From: Eledone cirrhosa
Taxonomy: Eukaryota
NCBI GenBank assembly: GCA_964016885.1
Contig: OZ024744.1
Location: forward strand, 9,982,001 to 10,046,000
Direction of reading: 5' to 3'
Length of the DNA: 64,000 nt
Shown: piece after piece, positions 1 to 10,922 of the stretch
Layout of the letters: every line of letters starts with the position of its first letter
Position numbering within the stretch: the stretch's first letter is position 1
The notes under the pieces: model-generated
The model's database searches: none
The model's input: the letters and a program-made list of their open reading frames with translations, nothing else
Told to the model about the DNA's origin: nothing
Program-made: the position numbers and the translations under genes

Positions 1-2075
1 CGACCCAATAGAGGGACCAGCAGTGTTAGTCGAGGGTAGTATAATAAGTAAGGCAATCAAAGATATGAAGACAGGTAAGGCGGCTGGGCCTTCGGAAATA
101 GTTGCCAAGATGCTGAAAGCATCTGGTACGGTGGGACACACCATGGTCACCCGGATAGTTAACCAAGTCGTACAGAATGGGGTTGTTCCGAAGGACTGGC
201 ATAGCAGCATCATCGTTAACTGTTATAAGGGTAAAGGAGATGCCCTAGATAGGAGTAACTATAGAGGCATTAAATTAATCGACCAGGTCATGAAGGTCAC
301 GGAAAAAGTAATAGCGCAACTAATCAGAGAGAGAATTGAACTAGATGAAAGGCAGTTCGGGTTTGTGTCAGGCAAAAGTACCACAGATGCTCTTTTCATT
401 GTACGACAACTACAGGAGAAGTACCTAGCTAAGAGTAAACCCCTATACTTAGCTTTTGTCGACTTGGAGAAAGCCTTCGCCAGAGTCCCCCGTTCCATTA
501 TCTGGTGGGCTCTTAGAAAACTAGGTGTTGACGAATGGCTTGTGAGAGCTATACAAGCCATGTATAAAGATACAGTCAGCAAGGTTAGTATTAACAACGA
601 ATATAGTGAAGAGTTTAGCGTAAAAGTTGGCGTCCATCAGGGCTCTGTTCTCAGCCCCCTACTATTTATTATTGCCCTTCAGGCTATCACAGAGGAGTTC
701 AAGACCGGTTGCCCATGGGAACTCCTATACGCAGACGACCTAACACTCATAGCTGAATCAATGGCCGAGCTAGAGAAGAAATTCCAAACATGGAAGCACG
801 GCCTAGAATCAAAAGGCCTTAAAATTAACCTGGCTAAGACTAAAGTTCTAGTTTGTAAGAAAGAAAATAAGGTGGCGGTCCCTTCCGGGAAGTGGCCATG
901 CTCTGTGTGTAGGAAAGGCGTAGGTAGAAACTCCATTTTGTGTCCCAAATGCAAAGTATGGGTGCATAAAAGATGTAGTGGGATCACAGGTAAGCTAACT
1001 AAGAACATAGATTTTACATGTGGCCGGTGCTCTGGTGCAATAAGTAGCAGCATGTGCCCACAAAATACTAGCTCTTTCAACTGCGCAGAGGGTTCTATAG
1101 AAATAGTGGACAGCTTCTGTTACCTGGGTGACAAAATCAGCAGTAGGGGGGTGGGGGTGCTCTGAAAGTACAGTAGCTAGAGTCATAACTGAATGGAAAA
1201 AGTTCAGAGAGCTTATACCACTATTAGCCGCTAAAGGGTTCTCCCTAAAAATGAAAGGCAGGTTGTACGATGCCTGCATACGAACAGCAATGTTGCATGG
1301 CAGTGAGACCTGGGCATTGTGTGCAGAGGATATACGCAGTCTAGAGAGGAACGAAGCTTGCATGCTCCGCTGGATGTGTAATAGTAATATACGTGAACGG
1401 CAAAGCATAAACGAACTAAGGAAAAAATTAGAAATAAGAGGGATCAGATGTTGTTTACTCGAGAGAAGGCTACGTTGGTATGGTCACGTGATGCGCATGA
1501 AAGACGATAGCTGTATAACAAAGTGCAGGGCAATAAAGATAGACGGTAGCCACGGAATAGGCAGACCCAGAAAAACCTGGGACGAGCTGATAAATTCCGA
1601 CCTCACACACTTACACCTCTCCAAGATAATGTCACTAGACCGAGACCTTTGGCGGTACTCAGTAATAGAGAAGACCCGCCTTACCTAAATACATAGTAAA
1701 ACCTACTACAGTCAGTAGTCATCTCTAACAAAATACACCCCCGTCCCACCACCCCCACCCCATCCACACCGCCCCTTTCAATGTAAAGTTATGTTGGTGC
1801 CACAACATCCAGGCCGAAACAAATGAGATCGTGTAGGTGTCACGACAAAAAAACACACACTCCACGCTGTAATGTGGCCGTGTAGTCAACACGGTAAAAA
1901 CCTCCCAGACCCACACTGTAAATGTGGTTGGTGTTAGGAAGGGCATCCAGCTGTAGAAAACCCGCCAGACAGTCCTATGCGAGCAAGATAATCACTCTTG
2001 CCTCAAGTGAGAAAACCCCCGTCCAAACCCATGCAAGCGTGGAACACGGACGTTAAACGTTGATGATGATGATGA
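1..2075 (+). mobile_element. RTE-clade LINE, family A (RT with internal PHD finger); 5' end outside window, one frameshift near 1145
   Basis: ORFs 23-1165 and 1128-1688 carry RT motifs ([32 protein letters not shown]) and the RTE C-terminus ([17 protein letters not shown]); 3' UTR ends in (GAT)n at ~2062-2075. Confidence 0.93.
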
Positions 2076-2107
2076 TATGTGTGTATATGTATATATATAT
2101 ATATGTG

Positions 2108-2139
<32 letters not shown>

Positions 2140-2362
2140 TATATTTGTGTATATGTATATATATATATGTGTGTGTGTGTATATGTATATATATATATAT
2201 ATATATGTGTGTGTATATATATATATATGTATATATATATGTGTGTATATATATATATGTGTATATATATATATATGTATATATATATATGTGTGTATAT
2301 ATATATATGGAAATATATATATATGTGTGTGTATATATATATGTATATATATATATATATAT
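2076..2362. repeat. (TA)n/(TG) microsatellite, representative of >25 similar tracts (e.g. 5960-6342, 20819-21100, 26890-27310, 30818-31216, 44289-44556)
   Basis: Direct reading; these tracts produce the spurious YI/YIC-rich ORFs in the track. Confidence 0.98.
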
Positions 2363-5300
2363 TTCGTTTCTGAATTTGTTTAGCAAGATTCTTTATCTGA
2401 AATCGTGTGTTGAAACCGATATTGTTATACTTTGGGAGGGTCATGTTGCCAATAAGAAACACACGCACCAGTAGCTTTCACTTCAATTTATTATAATAAA
2501 TTTATAAATTTAGGAATCTATAAATTTCTGGTTGGTTGGTTGGTTCCACAACCAGATAGTTGTTTATATATTGTCAAAGTTCTTTCGTCACACATTCTGT
2601 GACCTCTTCAGTGACTGGGGATTCTTTTCTTTGTTTTTGTGCTTCTCCTTTGTTCTGTCCTACGCCATTTTGTTTCTGTGTGTGTGTTGTGTGCTCAGTC
2701 TGTGCATGCGCCACATCCGGGTGTCTGTGTGTTTATGTTCATTTATTTATTTGTTTATTTATATGTTACTGGTTGGTTGTTTGTTCTATGTGTGTGTGTG
2801 TTTTCATTTTGTCCTTAATTGTAAGTTGTGATGTTGCTGTTCCACTCATGTTTTCTATTTAATTTTGGTTGTAATTCTTTTATTTTTATTGCCTCTGTGA
2901 TTTGTCTAAACATTGCGTCTTTTCTGTGTGTAGATTCTATTTTTATTTCTATGTTCTCTAATTTACCCTTGTGTTCTATTTTAGCATGTTGGTAGAGTAC
3001 AGATGATTCTTTACTATCTTGAAGGTCTCGCCAGTGTTCATTTATCCGTTCCCCTACACTACGAGCTGTCTCACCTATGTACACTATATTTTTGTCTCTA
3101 CATTGTCCTTCAGTACATCTTATGCTATACACTACATTTCTAGTTTTACAGTTAATATGGGGGCTTATTTTACAGATTATACATTTCTTATCTATACATG
3201 GGGGTCTTTGAAAAGGGTATGTCTTGCTAATAAGTGTTTTTACGGAGGTACCTGGTCTTTCTACTATCTTAATATTGAGTTTACGTTTATCTAGGGCCCT
3301 TCTAAATTTGTAAGCTAATTCACCTCTAGGGGTTGTATCGATGAACATTACACTCTGGTATTTATTGCTATCATACCATGAGTTTATTCTATTAGCCTTA
3401 TTCCTAGTTCTTTCTATTCTATTCCAAAATTTGCTCCTATACAAGGGGCAGGTCCCATTTATGTCGTTATTTACCATTTTTTCCCATTTGGTTCTGGCTC
3501 CTCTATACACTCTGATTTTGTCTCTCTGATTGTAACCAGAGAACTGCATACGGTGGATGAAGTGTTATATGTGTCTCTCTAGTTCTTCGGGGTTGCACAT
3601 GCGGGACACGTTTCTCATCACCCGTACCAAATCCGCAATCAGTATGTTGATTTTGGTATGGTCCGAAACAGCTGAGTTTCGGTGGATCAGATATTTGGAA
3701 GTCATGGGTTTGGCATAATGGAAATGGAGGATTTGTTTTTTGTTATTAATGGTATCTAACCAGAGCTCTGTGTCTAGTACAGGTAATCCATGGTTGGGGT
3801 GTTTACTTGGGTAGTCTATAGTAACTCTGGTGGATGGACTTAGCTATTTGGTGGATGCTTTCCATTGTGTTTTTCTCTAGTTCCTGACTGTTCTCTAGTG
3901 AGGGTGTCTTAACTACGATGTTTATATCATCAACGTAGCGGGAGTACATTATCAGGGTTAAGGGATCTTCTAATTGTTCTTTAAGTTTAAGCTTAAGTCT
4001 ACTGTCGCACCATACCATGAATAAGTTAGCTATGTCGCCTGCAATGCTAACACCAATGGCTGCTCCTTCCTCTTGGGCATATGTTTTTCCATTAAATTTG
4101 AACATATGTTCCTTAAGGGTTAATTTTATGCTGGCCCCTACCGCATGTGCAATCATTTTCTTCAGTTCATCGTGGTTTTCGGGTGTCCGTATGGCTCTGG
4201 TCCACCCGTTCCATCTATCTGTGTGGGTTTTCTTGGCCATTGAGGTAATGGTAGGTGGTCTGCCTCTTGCTGGTCTTGTAGGGCACAGGTTGCTAAGGTC
4301 ATATGTGTCTAGGTAATTATTACTATAGGTAAGTTTAAGTAGGAGTCCCAGCTCACTGGTATCAATCCCACGGAACTCAACATTGCTCTCACTAATCATT
4401 TCTACCCATTTCTCCACAGCAAAATCCACGTCAATAGATGGATACAGGGACACAACATCCATACTACCTATTATGCAGTTTGTTAGGTCCCTAGATCGGT
4501 TACTCTCGCCGATTCTGCTGAGGAGGTCCTCCGTGCTGTCACATACATCTGGGGACATTTCAATGATGGGGCGTATGATCAGGGAGAGGAAGTAGGACAG
4601 TCTGTAGTTACTAGCAATGTTAGCTCCACAGACTTGCCGTGTTGGTGGTCCCGTGACAGGGTCACTGCCCGTTTTATGGTCTTTTCGAAGCCCATACAAT
4701 GCTGGCACGTCATTGTTTCAGGCCTGGAAGTTGTTGGCAGTCCTTTTGTTGGGCTGCATTATATTCGTCCACATCACGATATGGGCATTGAGGGCTTTTT
4801 CTCTATCCTCATGCTCCTGTGGTGTTACCTCTCTTGTGTTAGTGATGTGGGGTTGCATTGCCTGGATGTAGTTTGGCAGGCTGTCAACCGACATTCTGCC
4901 AGACTTGTCTGTTGGAAAGCATGCTATCTCTCCATTACGCGAGCGCTGCATGAGCTTACGCAAGCCATTTGCAGATTTTTCTCCCAGTTGCTGGGCCTCC
5001 ATTCTATTATGCTTCTTGCTATACTGTTCTATAATATTTCTAAGTTCGGATCTAGCTATACTAAATTGTGCTTCTGTTTGTTCATCGACCTGCGACGGCA
5101 GTTGTGTGCGTTTGTTAAAAGGTAAAGTCGTGGTGTGGACTCGTCGCAGGTCGAACGACTTATCGGAGGGATTATAAAAAGTAGAGTTCCAGGCTGCTGC
5201 TTTATGTGTACTAGTGCTATTGTTATTGTTAGTTGTGTTGTTTCTATTTCTATTTCCACTAACAGCCTCGTGGTTGTTTCTATGTCTCTCATAATTACTC

Positions 5301-5960
5301 CTGTCTCTTTCCACTGGCTCATTGTTATTATCTACCCTATTTTGTGTGTCTGTGTGTTCGTCTTGGTTATTTTCTTTGTCCTTAGTCTCCCTTCTCCTTT
5401 TAATCCTATTACTTTCTCTTATTTCTGTGCTACTGTCATTACTTGTTTTCTGTGTCTGTGTGTTTGTTAAGATTGTGGTGGTGGTGAGAGGCATTGAATG
5501 TGTGTGTATTGTTGTTGATGTGTGCTGTTGTTGATGTGTGTTGTTGTTGTTGTCTCCGTGTGTGTTATTATTGTTGTGTGTGTTGTTATTGTTGTTTGTC
5601 TGCGTGTCTGTTGTTGTTGTTTCTGAGTATGCTATTATTGTTGGTGTGTGTGTTGTTTTTATTGTTGTTTGTGTCTGTGTGTCTGTAGTTGTTGGGATGT
5701 GTGTTGTATATGTGTGTGCGTATGTTGTTATTTTTGTTTTTGTTTTTGAGGCTCCAACGTAAGTTTGTAAATGATTTTTCTATTTCTGACAGACAACTAA
5801 TCATATTTACCTTGAATGTCGCAAATTTCGGTGGTAGAAGTAATAGATGACGATGAGTTATCTGTATTACTTCTACCAATTTAATTTATAATAAATTGAA
5901 GTTGAAGCAACTGGTGCGTGTGTTTCTTATTGGCAACATGACCCTCCCAAAGTATAACAA
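2363..5960 (-). mobile_element. Penelope-like element, Neptune-like family N1, disrupted ORF, inverted partial pLTR at the 5' side
   Basis: ORF pieces 4718-5494, 3803-4708 (SMDVVSLYPSI, GAAIG, YSRYVDD) and 2815-3549 (Cys linker CIDKKCIIC; GIY-YIG VVYSIRC..YIGET..R..EH); 5885-5960 is the reverse complement of ~2420-2495. Confidence 0.92.
2573..2615 (-). ncRNA. Minimal type I hammerhead ribozyme motif in the N1 pLTR
   Basis: Minus strand reads GUCA-CUGAAGA-G-GUCACA(GAAUG)UGUGAC-GAAA-G(AA)C-UU-UGAC. Confidence 0.75.
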
Positions 5961-6042
5961 TATATATATATATGTATATATATATATATGTGTGTGTGTG
6001 TGTATGTATATACATATGTATATATATATATATATGTGTGTG

Positions 6043-6073
<31 letters not shown>

Positions 6074-6120
6074 GTGTGTATATATATATATGTATATATA
6101 TATGTGTGTATATATATATG

Positions 6121-6157
<37 letters not shown>

Positions 6158-6184
6158 ATATATATATATGTATATATATATGTG

Positions 6185-6234
<50 letters not shown>

Positions 6235-6240
6235 AATATA

Positions 6241-6317
<77 letters not shown>

Positions 6318-6342
6318 GTATATATATAAATATATATATATA

Positions 6343-7335
6343 TGGAGAAGAAGTTTATGAAACGGTAATGCGGGTATAAAGAATTTATTAGGTAACAATT
6401 GTTTCTATAGTGTATGGGTTACCTATACCTCGCTATTTGAATAATATAAAAATATTATCATAAACCGAAGGTACACTGCAAGCAAACACACCATGTCGTC
6501 AGACCTTTGTATTGGAATGATATGAAAATATTTTATACACTAGATAAAAGAGAAAGAAGGAGGTAGGAAGAGAAGGGGCAGAGGGAAGTGAGTAAGGGGG
6601 AGGGAGTCCTAGGATTTAAGACTGTCAGACTAGTAGAGATTGTAAGGAGAGAATGTTTTGGCAGCAGTTAGCTTAATGAGGCGTGTTAGGGTTGGCGGGG
6701 GAAGTAAATTCTTCTAGTGGTGTTGTTCGGACAAAATTTAGTTAAAGGGGTCAAAATCGTACAGAGTTACAGACAAGTTATTGGGGCTATTATGGTAGCA
6801 GGTTATTTCTAAAGGGGTCCAGAAAACAGTGTTTAGTACTATTATTATAGAAAGCCATATCTTGTGTATAAACATATAAAACAGAAATTTGCAAACGGTG
6901 GTGTAAAAAGGTAACATTACATGCATTTAAAAAAAGAAAAAGTCGTTTTCAAACGATGGTTACAGTACAGTGAACGTTCAATTTTGCTGTTCAAAAGTTT
7001 GTTTACCGACGTTAAAATGCAGTATATCTCCATATTGCATAATTTACAGAATCGATGATTTTGCTTATATGGAGGCGCAGCTTCAATAATTTGCCAATCA
7101 AGGGAGAATGCTTGATTGTTCCTCCGGAGCTGCCAGGGTTGTTACGGAGCGCATTTTCTCGTGCCTGATCGAAGATCGATGTTGGTATAGGCAAGCTTTG
7201 ATAGAAGTTGCGGTACATCCGATGTAATACCATTTGTTGGTTTCGGAATTTATTGTACATCGGTAGACAATATTGCGTGCTAGGCACTGGTTATTCAGTG
7301 GGCACATAACTGGTTTGGTGCAGTTACAATTAAAT
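6343..7335 (-). mobile_element. 5'-truncated Penelope-like element (Hydra-like), GIY-YIG remnant plus 3' UTR
   Basis: Minus-strand NCNCTKPVMCPLNNQCLARNIVYRC...YIGCTA at ~7200-7335; hammerhead near the 3' end. Confidence 0.8.
6390..6506 (-). ncRNA. Type I hammerhead motif with ~90-nt stem II
   Basis: AGGU-CUGACGA-[CAUGGUGUGU...AUACACUAUA]-GAAA-CAAUUG-UU-ACCU; palindromic stem III ACAAUUGU. Confidence 0.8.
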
Positions 7336-7353
7336 ATATATATATATATATAT

Positions 7354-8724
7354 ACATGGAAGCACGGCCTAGAATCAAAAGGCCTTAAAATTAACCTGGC
7401 TAAGACTAAAGTTCTAGTTTGTAGGAAAGAAAATAAGGCGCCGCTCCCTTCCGAGAAATGGCCATGCTCAGTGTGTAGGAAAGGCGTAGGTAGAAACTCC
7501 ATTTTATGTCCCAAATGCAAAGTATAGGTGCATAAAAGATGTAGTGGGATCACAGGTAAGCTAACTAAGAACACAGATTTTACATGTGGCCGGGGCTCTG
7601 GTGCAATAAGTAGCAGCAAGTGCTCACAAAATACTAGCTCTTTCAATTGCGCAGAGGGTTCTATAGAAATAGTGGACAGCTTCCGTTACCTGGGTAACAA
7701 AATCAGCAGTGGGGTGGGTGCTCTGAAAGTACAGTAGCTAGAGTCAGAACTGGATGGAAAAAGTTCAGAGAGCTTATACCACTATTAGCCGCTAAAGGGT
7801 TCTCTCTAAAAATGAAAGGCAGGTTGTATGATGCCTGCATACGAACAGCAATGTTGCATGGCAGTGAGACCTGGGCATTGTGTGCAGAGGATATACGCAG
7901 ACTGGAGAGAAACGAAGCTTGCATGCTCCGCTGGATGTGTAATAGTAATATACGTGAACGGCAAAGCATAAACGAACTAAGGGAAAAATTAGAAATAAGA
8001 GGGATCAGATGTTGTGTACTCGAGAGAAGGCTACGTTGGTATGGTCACGTGATGCGCATGAAAGACGACAGCTGTATCAAAAAGTGCAGGACAATAAAGA
8101 TAGACGGTAGCCACGGAGTAGGCAGACCCATAAAAACCTGGGACGACTTGATAAATTCCGACCTCACACACACCTCTCCAAAACAATGTCACTGGGCCGA
8201 GATCTTTGGTGGTACTCAGTAATAGAGAAGACCCGTCTTACCTAAATACAAAGTAAAACCTACTACAGTCAGTAGGCACCTCTAACAAAATACACCCCCC
8301 CCCATCCACACCGCCCCTTTCAATGTAAAGTTATGTTGGTGCCACAACATCCAGGCCGAAACAAATGAGGTCGTGTAGGTGTAACGACAAAAAAACACAG
8401 TCCACGCTGTAATGTGGCCATGTAGGTAACACGGTAAAAACCTCCCAGTCCCACACTGTAAATGTGGTTGGTGTTAGGAAGGGCATCCAGCTGTAGAAAA
8501 CCCGCCAGACAGTCCACGCTGTAATGTGGCCGTGTAGGTAACACGGTAAAAACCTCCCAGTCCCACACTGTAAATGTGGTTGGTGTTAGGAAGGGCATCC
8601 AGCTGTAGAAAACCCGCTAGACAGTCCTATGCGAGCAAGACAACCACTCTTGCCTCAAGTGGTAAAACTCCCGTCCAAACCCATGCAAGCGTGGAATGTG
8701 GACGTTAAACGATGATGATGATGA
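7354..8724 (+). mobile_element. RTE family A, 5'-truncated decayed copy
   Basis: Near-identical to 787-2075 with stops and frameshifts; two copies of the ~111-nt 3' UTR unit; (GAT)n tail. Confidence 0.92.
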
Positions 8725-8850
8725 TATATATAAATATATATATGTATATATGTATATATATATATCTATATGTATCTATATATGTATATATATATATATA
8801 CATATGTATGTATATGTATATATATATATGTATATATATATATCTATATG

Positions 8851-8883
<33 letters not shown>

Positions 8884-8936
8884 GTATGTATGTATATGTA
8901 TATATATATACATATGTATGTATATATATATGTATA

Positions 8937-10025
8937 AATGAAGTAATTCCATCGGAAAAGTCCAGGAAAAAAGAGTGCTCTATGTAGGTAACAGAGCTTA
9001 ATAGTTATGTAAAAAATCTTAAGAAAAATAATTCTCCCAATTAGAACTAACACTGACCTATCACAGTGGCTAAATACTTCCTCTGTTATTTCTTGGTTTA
9101 ATAATATACAAGGTAAAAATAAGTGTAGATTTACCCAATTTGATATTGTTGATTTTTACCCCTCTATTACTGTTTCCTTATTAACTAAAGCCTTAGATTT
9201 TGCAAGACGCTTCATTAATATTTCTAAATTAGAAGAAGACGTTATATTTCATGCTAGAAAAACTTTACTCTTTACTAATGAAAATATTTGGGTTAAAAAG
9301 TCAAACCCTGAAAACTCTTTTGATGTTGCAATGGGTTCATATGACAGTGCGGATGTGTGTGACTTAGTAGGATTATTCCTTCTCCACACCCTCAAAGAGA
9401 AATTTCCGTCCCATAATATCGGTTTATACCGTGATGACGGATTGGCAGTTTCTCATACCACCAACGGCCATAACCTTGATAAATTCCGTAAAGATTTAAT
9501 CAATACTTTTGCTAATCTTAACCTTAAAATCACTATAGATACGAACCTTACTAATGCTAACTTTCTTGACATTAATCTTGATCTACTTACCGCCTCTTTT
9601 AAACCCTATCATAAACCTAATGAAAATCTTAGGTATATACACAAAGAGTCTTGCCATCCCCCTATAGTTTTTAGAAAACATTTTTTATTTACCTACCCCC
9701 CCCCCCCCTAAAACTAACCACAATAACAGGAAAACGAAAATTATTTGATTCACCCCCCCCCCCTTCTCTCTAACTGTCAACACTTATGTAGGAAGGAAAT
9801 TCCTTGAACTCTTAGATAAACATTTTCCTCCTAATCATAGATATTATAAGATATTTAATAGGAACGTAGTTAAGATCAGTTACTCTTGTTGCCCATCTAT
9901 GAAGTCCAAGATCACTAGTTCAGAGACCAGGATTTTTTCATTTTGATGATTGAAAGCAAATTTTTTGCTTTTAAGAAACCACTGGTAAATGGAATAATTG
10001 CTTTATGTTGTTTATTACATAACTA
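8937..10025 (+). mobile_element. Internally deleted Penelope-like element (Hydra-like RT) with inverted tail at the 5' end
   Basis: FDIVDFYPSI, MGSYDSADVCDLVG, GLYRDDGL; 8937-9012 is the reverse complement of the tail at ~30745-30818; degenerate hammerhead at ~9936-9994. Confidence 0.85.
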
Positions 10026-10549
10026 TATATGTATATATATATATTTGACCGTTTTCTTCTCTCTGCAAAATTTGAATTTTAGCCATGTTATATAAAACGG
10101 TCAAATGAACTAGATACATCGCACTGTCCCCCGCCACCACAATAACTTCTACACTCTCTCCCCACCATCACATGTCATTACCCTATCTAGACTAAAGTCA
10201 TCGACCTGTTGTCAAACTCTTTACTCTCTGTTGAATGTGTATATATATATACATATGTATGTATATGTGTGTATATACATCACTCAGTCAAACGACCAGA
10301 CTTCAACCCCAACATCTACAACAACAACAACACCGGCACTAATGTTTACAGCAACAACAGCTTCAGAATGAACTGAAATGAACATTTACAACAACAACAG
10401 CGGCATCAAAAGATAAAAAAAAAACTCAAAATAACAAAATACACACACACGCACACAACAATAACATCAACTGCCACCACCACCACCACTACCGCCGCCG
10501 CCATCACCATCACCAGCGACCGGGCCTTAAGAAAACAACTTTAATAATG

Positions 10550-10685
10550 TTTCTGCTTTTGGCACGGATCCAGCGCATCACTGGTACTCTCTTTTGTTGA
10601 CTCCGTGGGGATGAAAGGCAAGGTTGACCTCGGCGGGATTTGAGCTCAGAGCGTGGAGGGCCGTGACTCTATGCTGTAAAGCAAT
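10550..10685 (-). mobile_element. Decayed tRNA-derived SINE with Nin/Deu-like central domain
   Basis: Minus strand GAGCTCAAATCC (B box-like) followed by GCCGAGGTCAACCTTGCCTTTCATCCCCACGGAGTCAACAAAAAGAGAGTACCAG; recognised from memory of octopus SINE consensus. Confidence 0.65.
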
Positions 10686-10922
10686 TATAATAATACTGGA
10701 CTGTAACTATACAAACTCTTGAAAGTCAACAGTTGACATAATCTTGTAATCTTGTATCAGTAATGACGGTAATATATATATATATATGTGTGTGTGCGTG
10801 TAAGTGAGTAGAGTAGCGTGTGTGTGTGTTTGTTTGTATGTATCTGTTGCTGTATGCGCGCATATGTATGCGCGTGTGTATGTCGTACGTATAAGTGTCA
10901 ATAAGTGATTTTTTTTTTTTTT

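Noticed and set aside
1992-2474. Numerous YI/YIC/HT-rich ORFs across the window
   Set aside because: Translations of stop-free (TA)n/(TG)n microsatellites, not genes.
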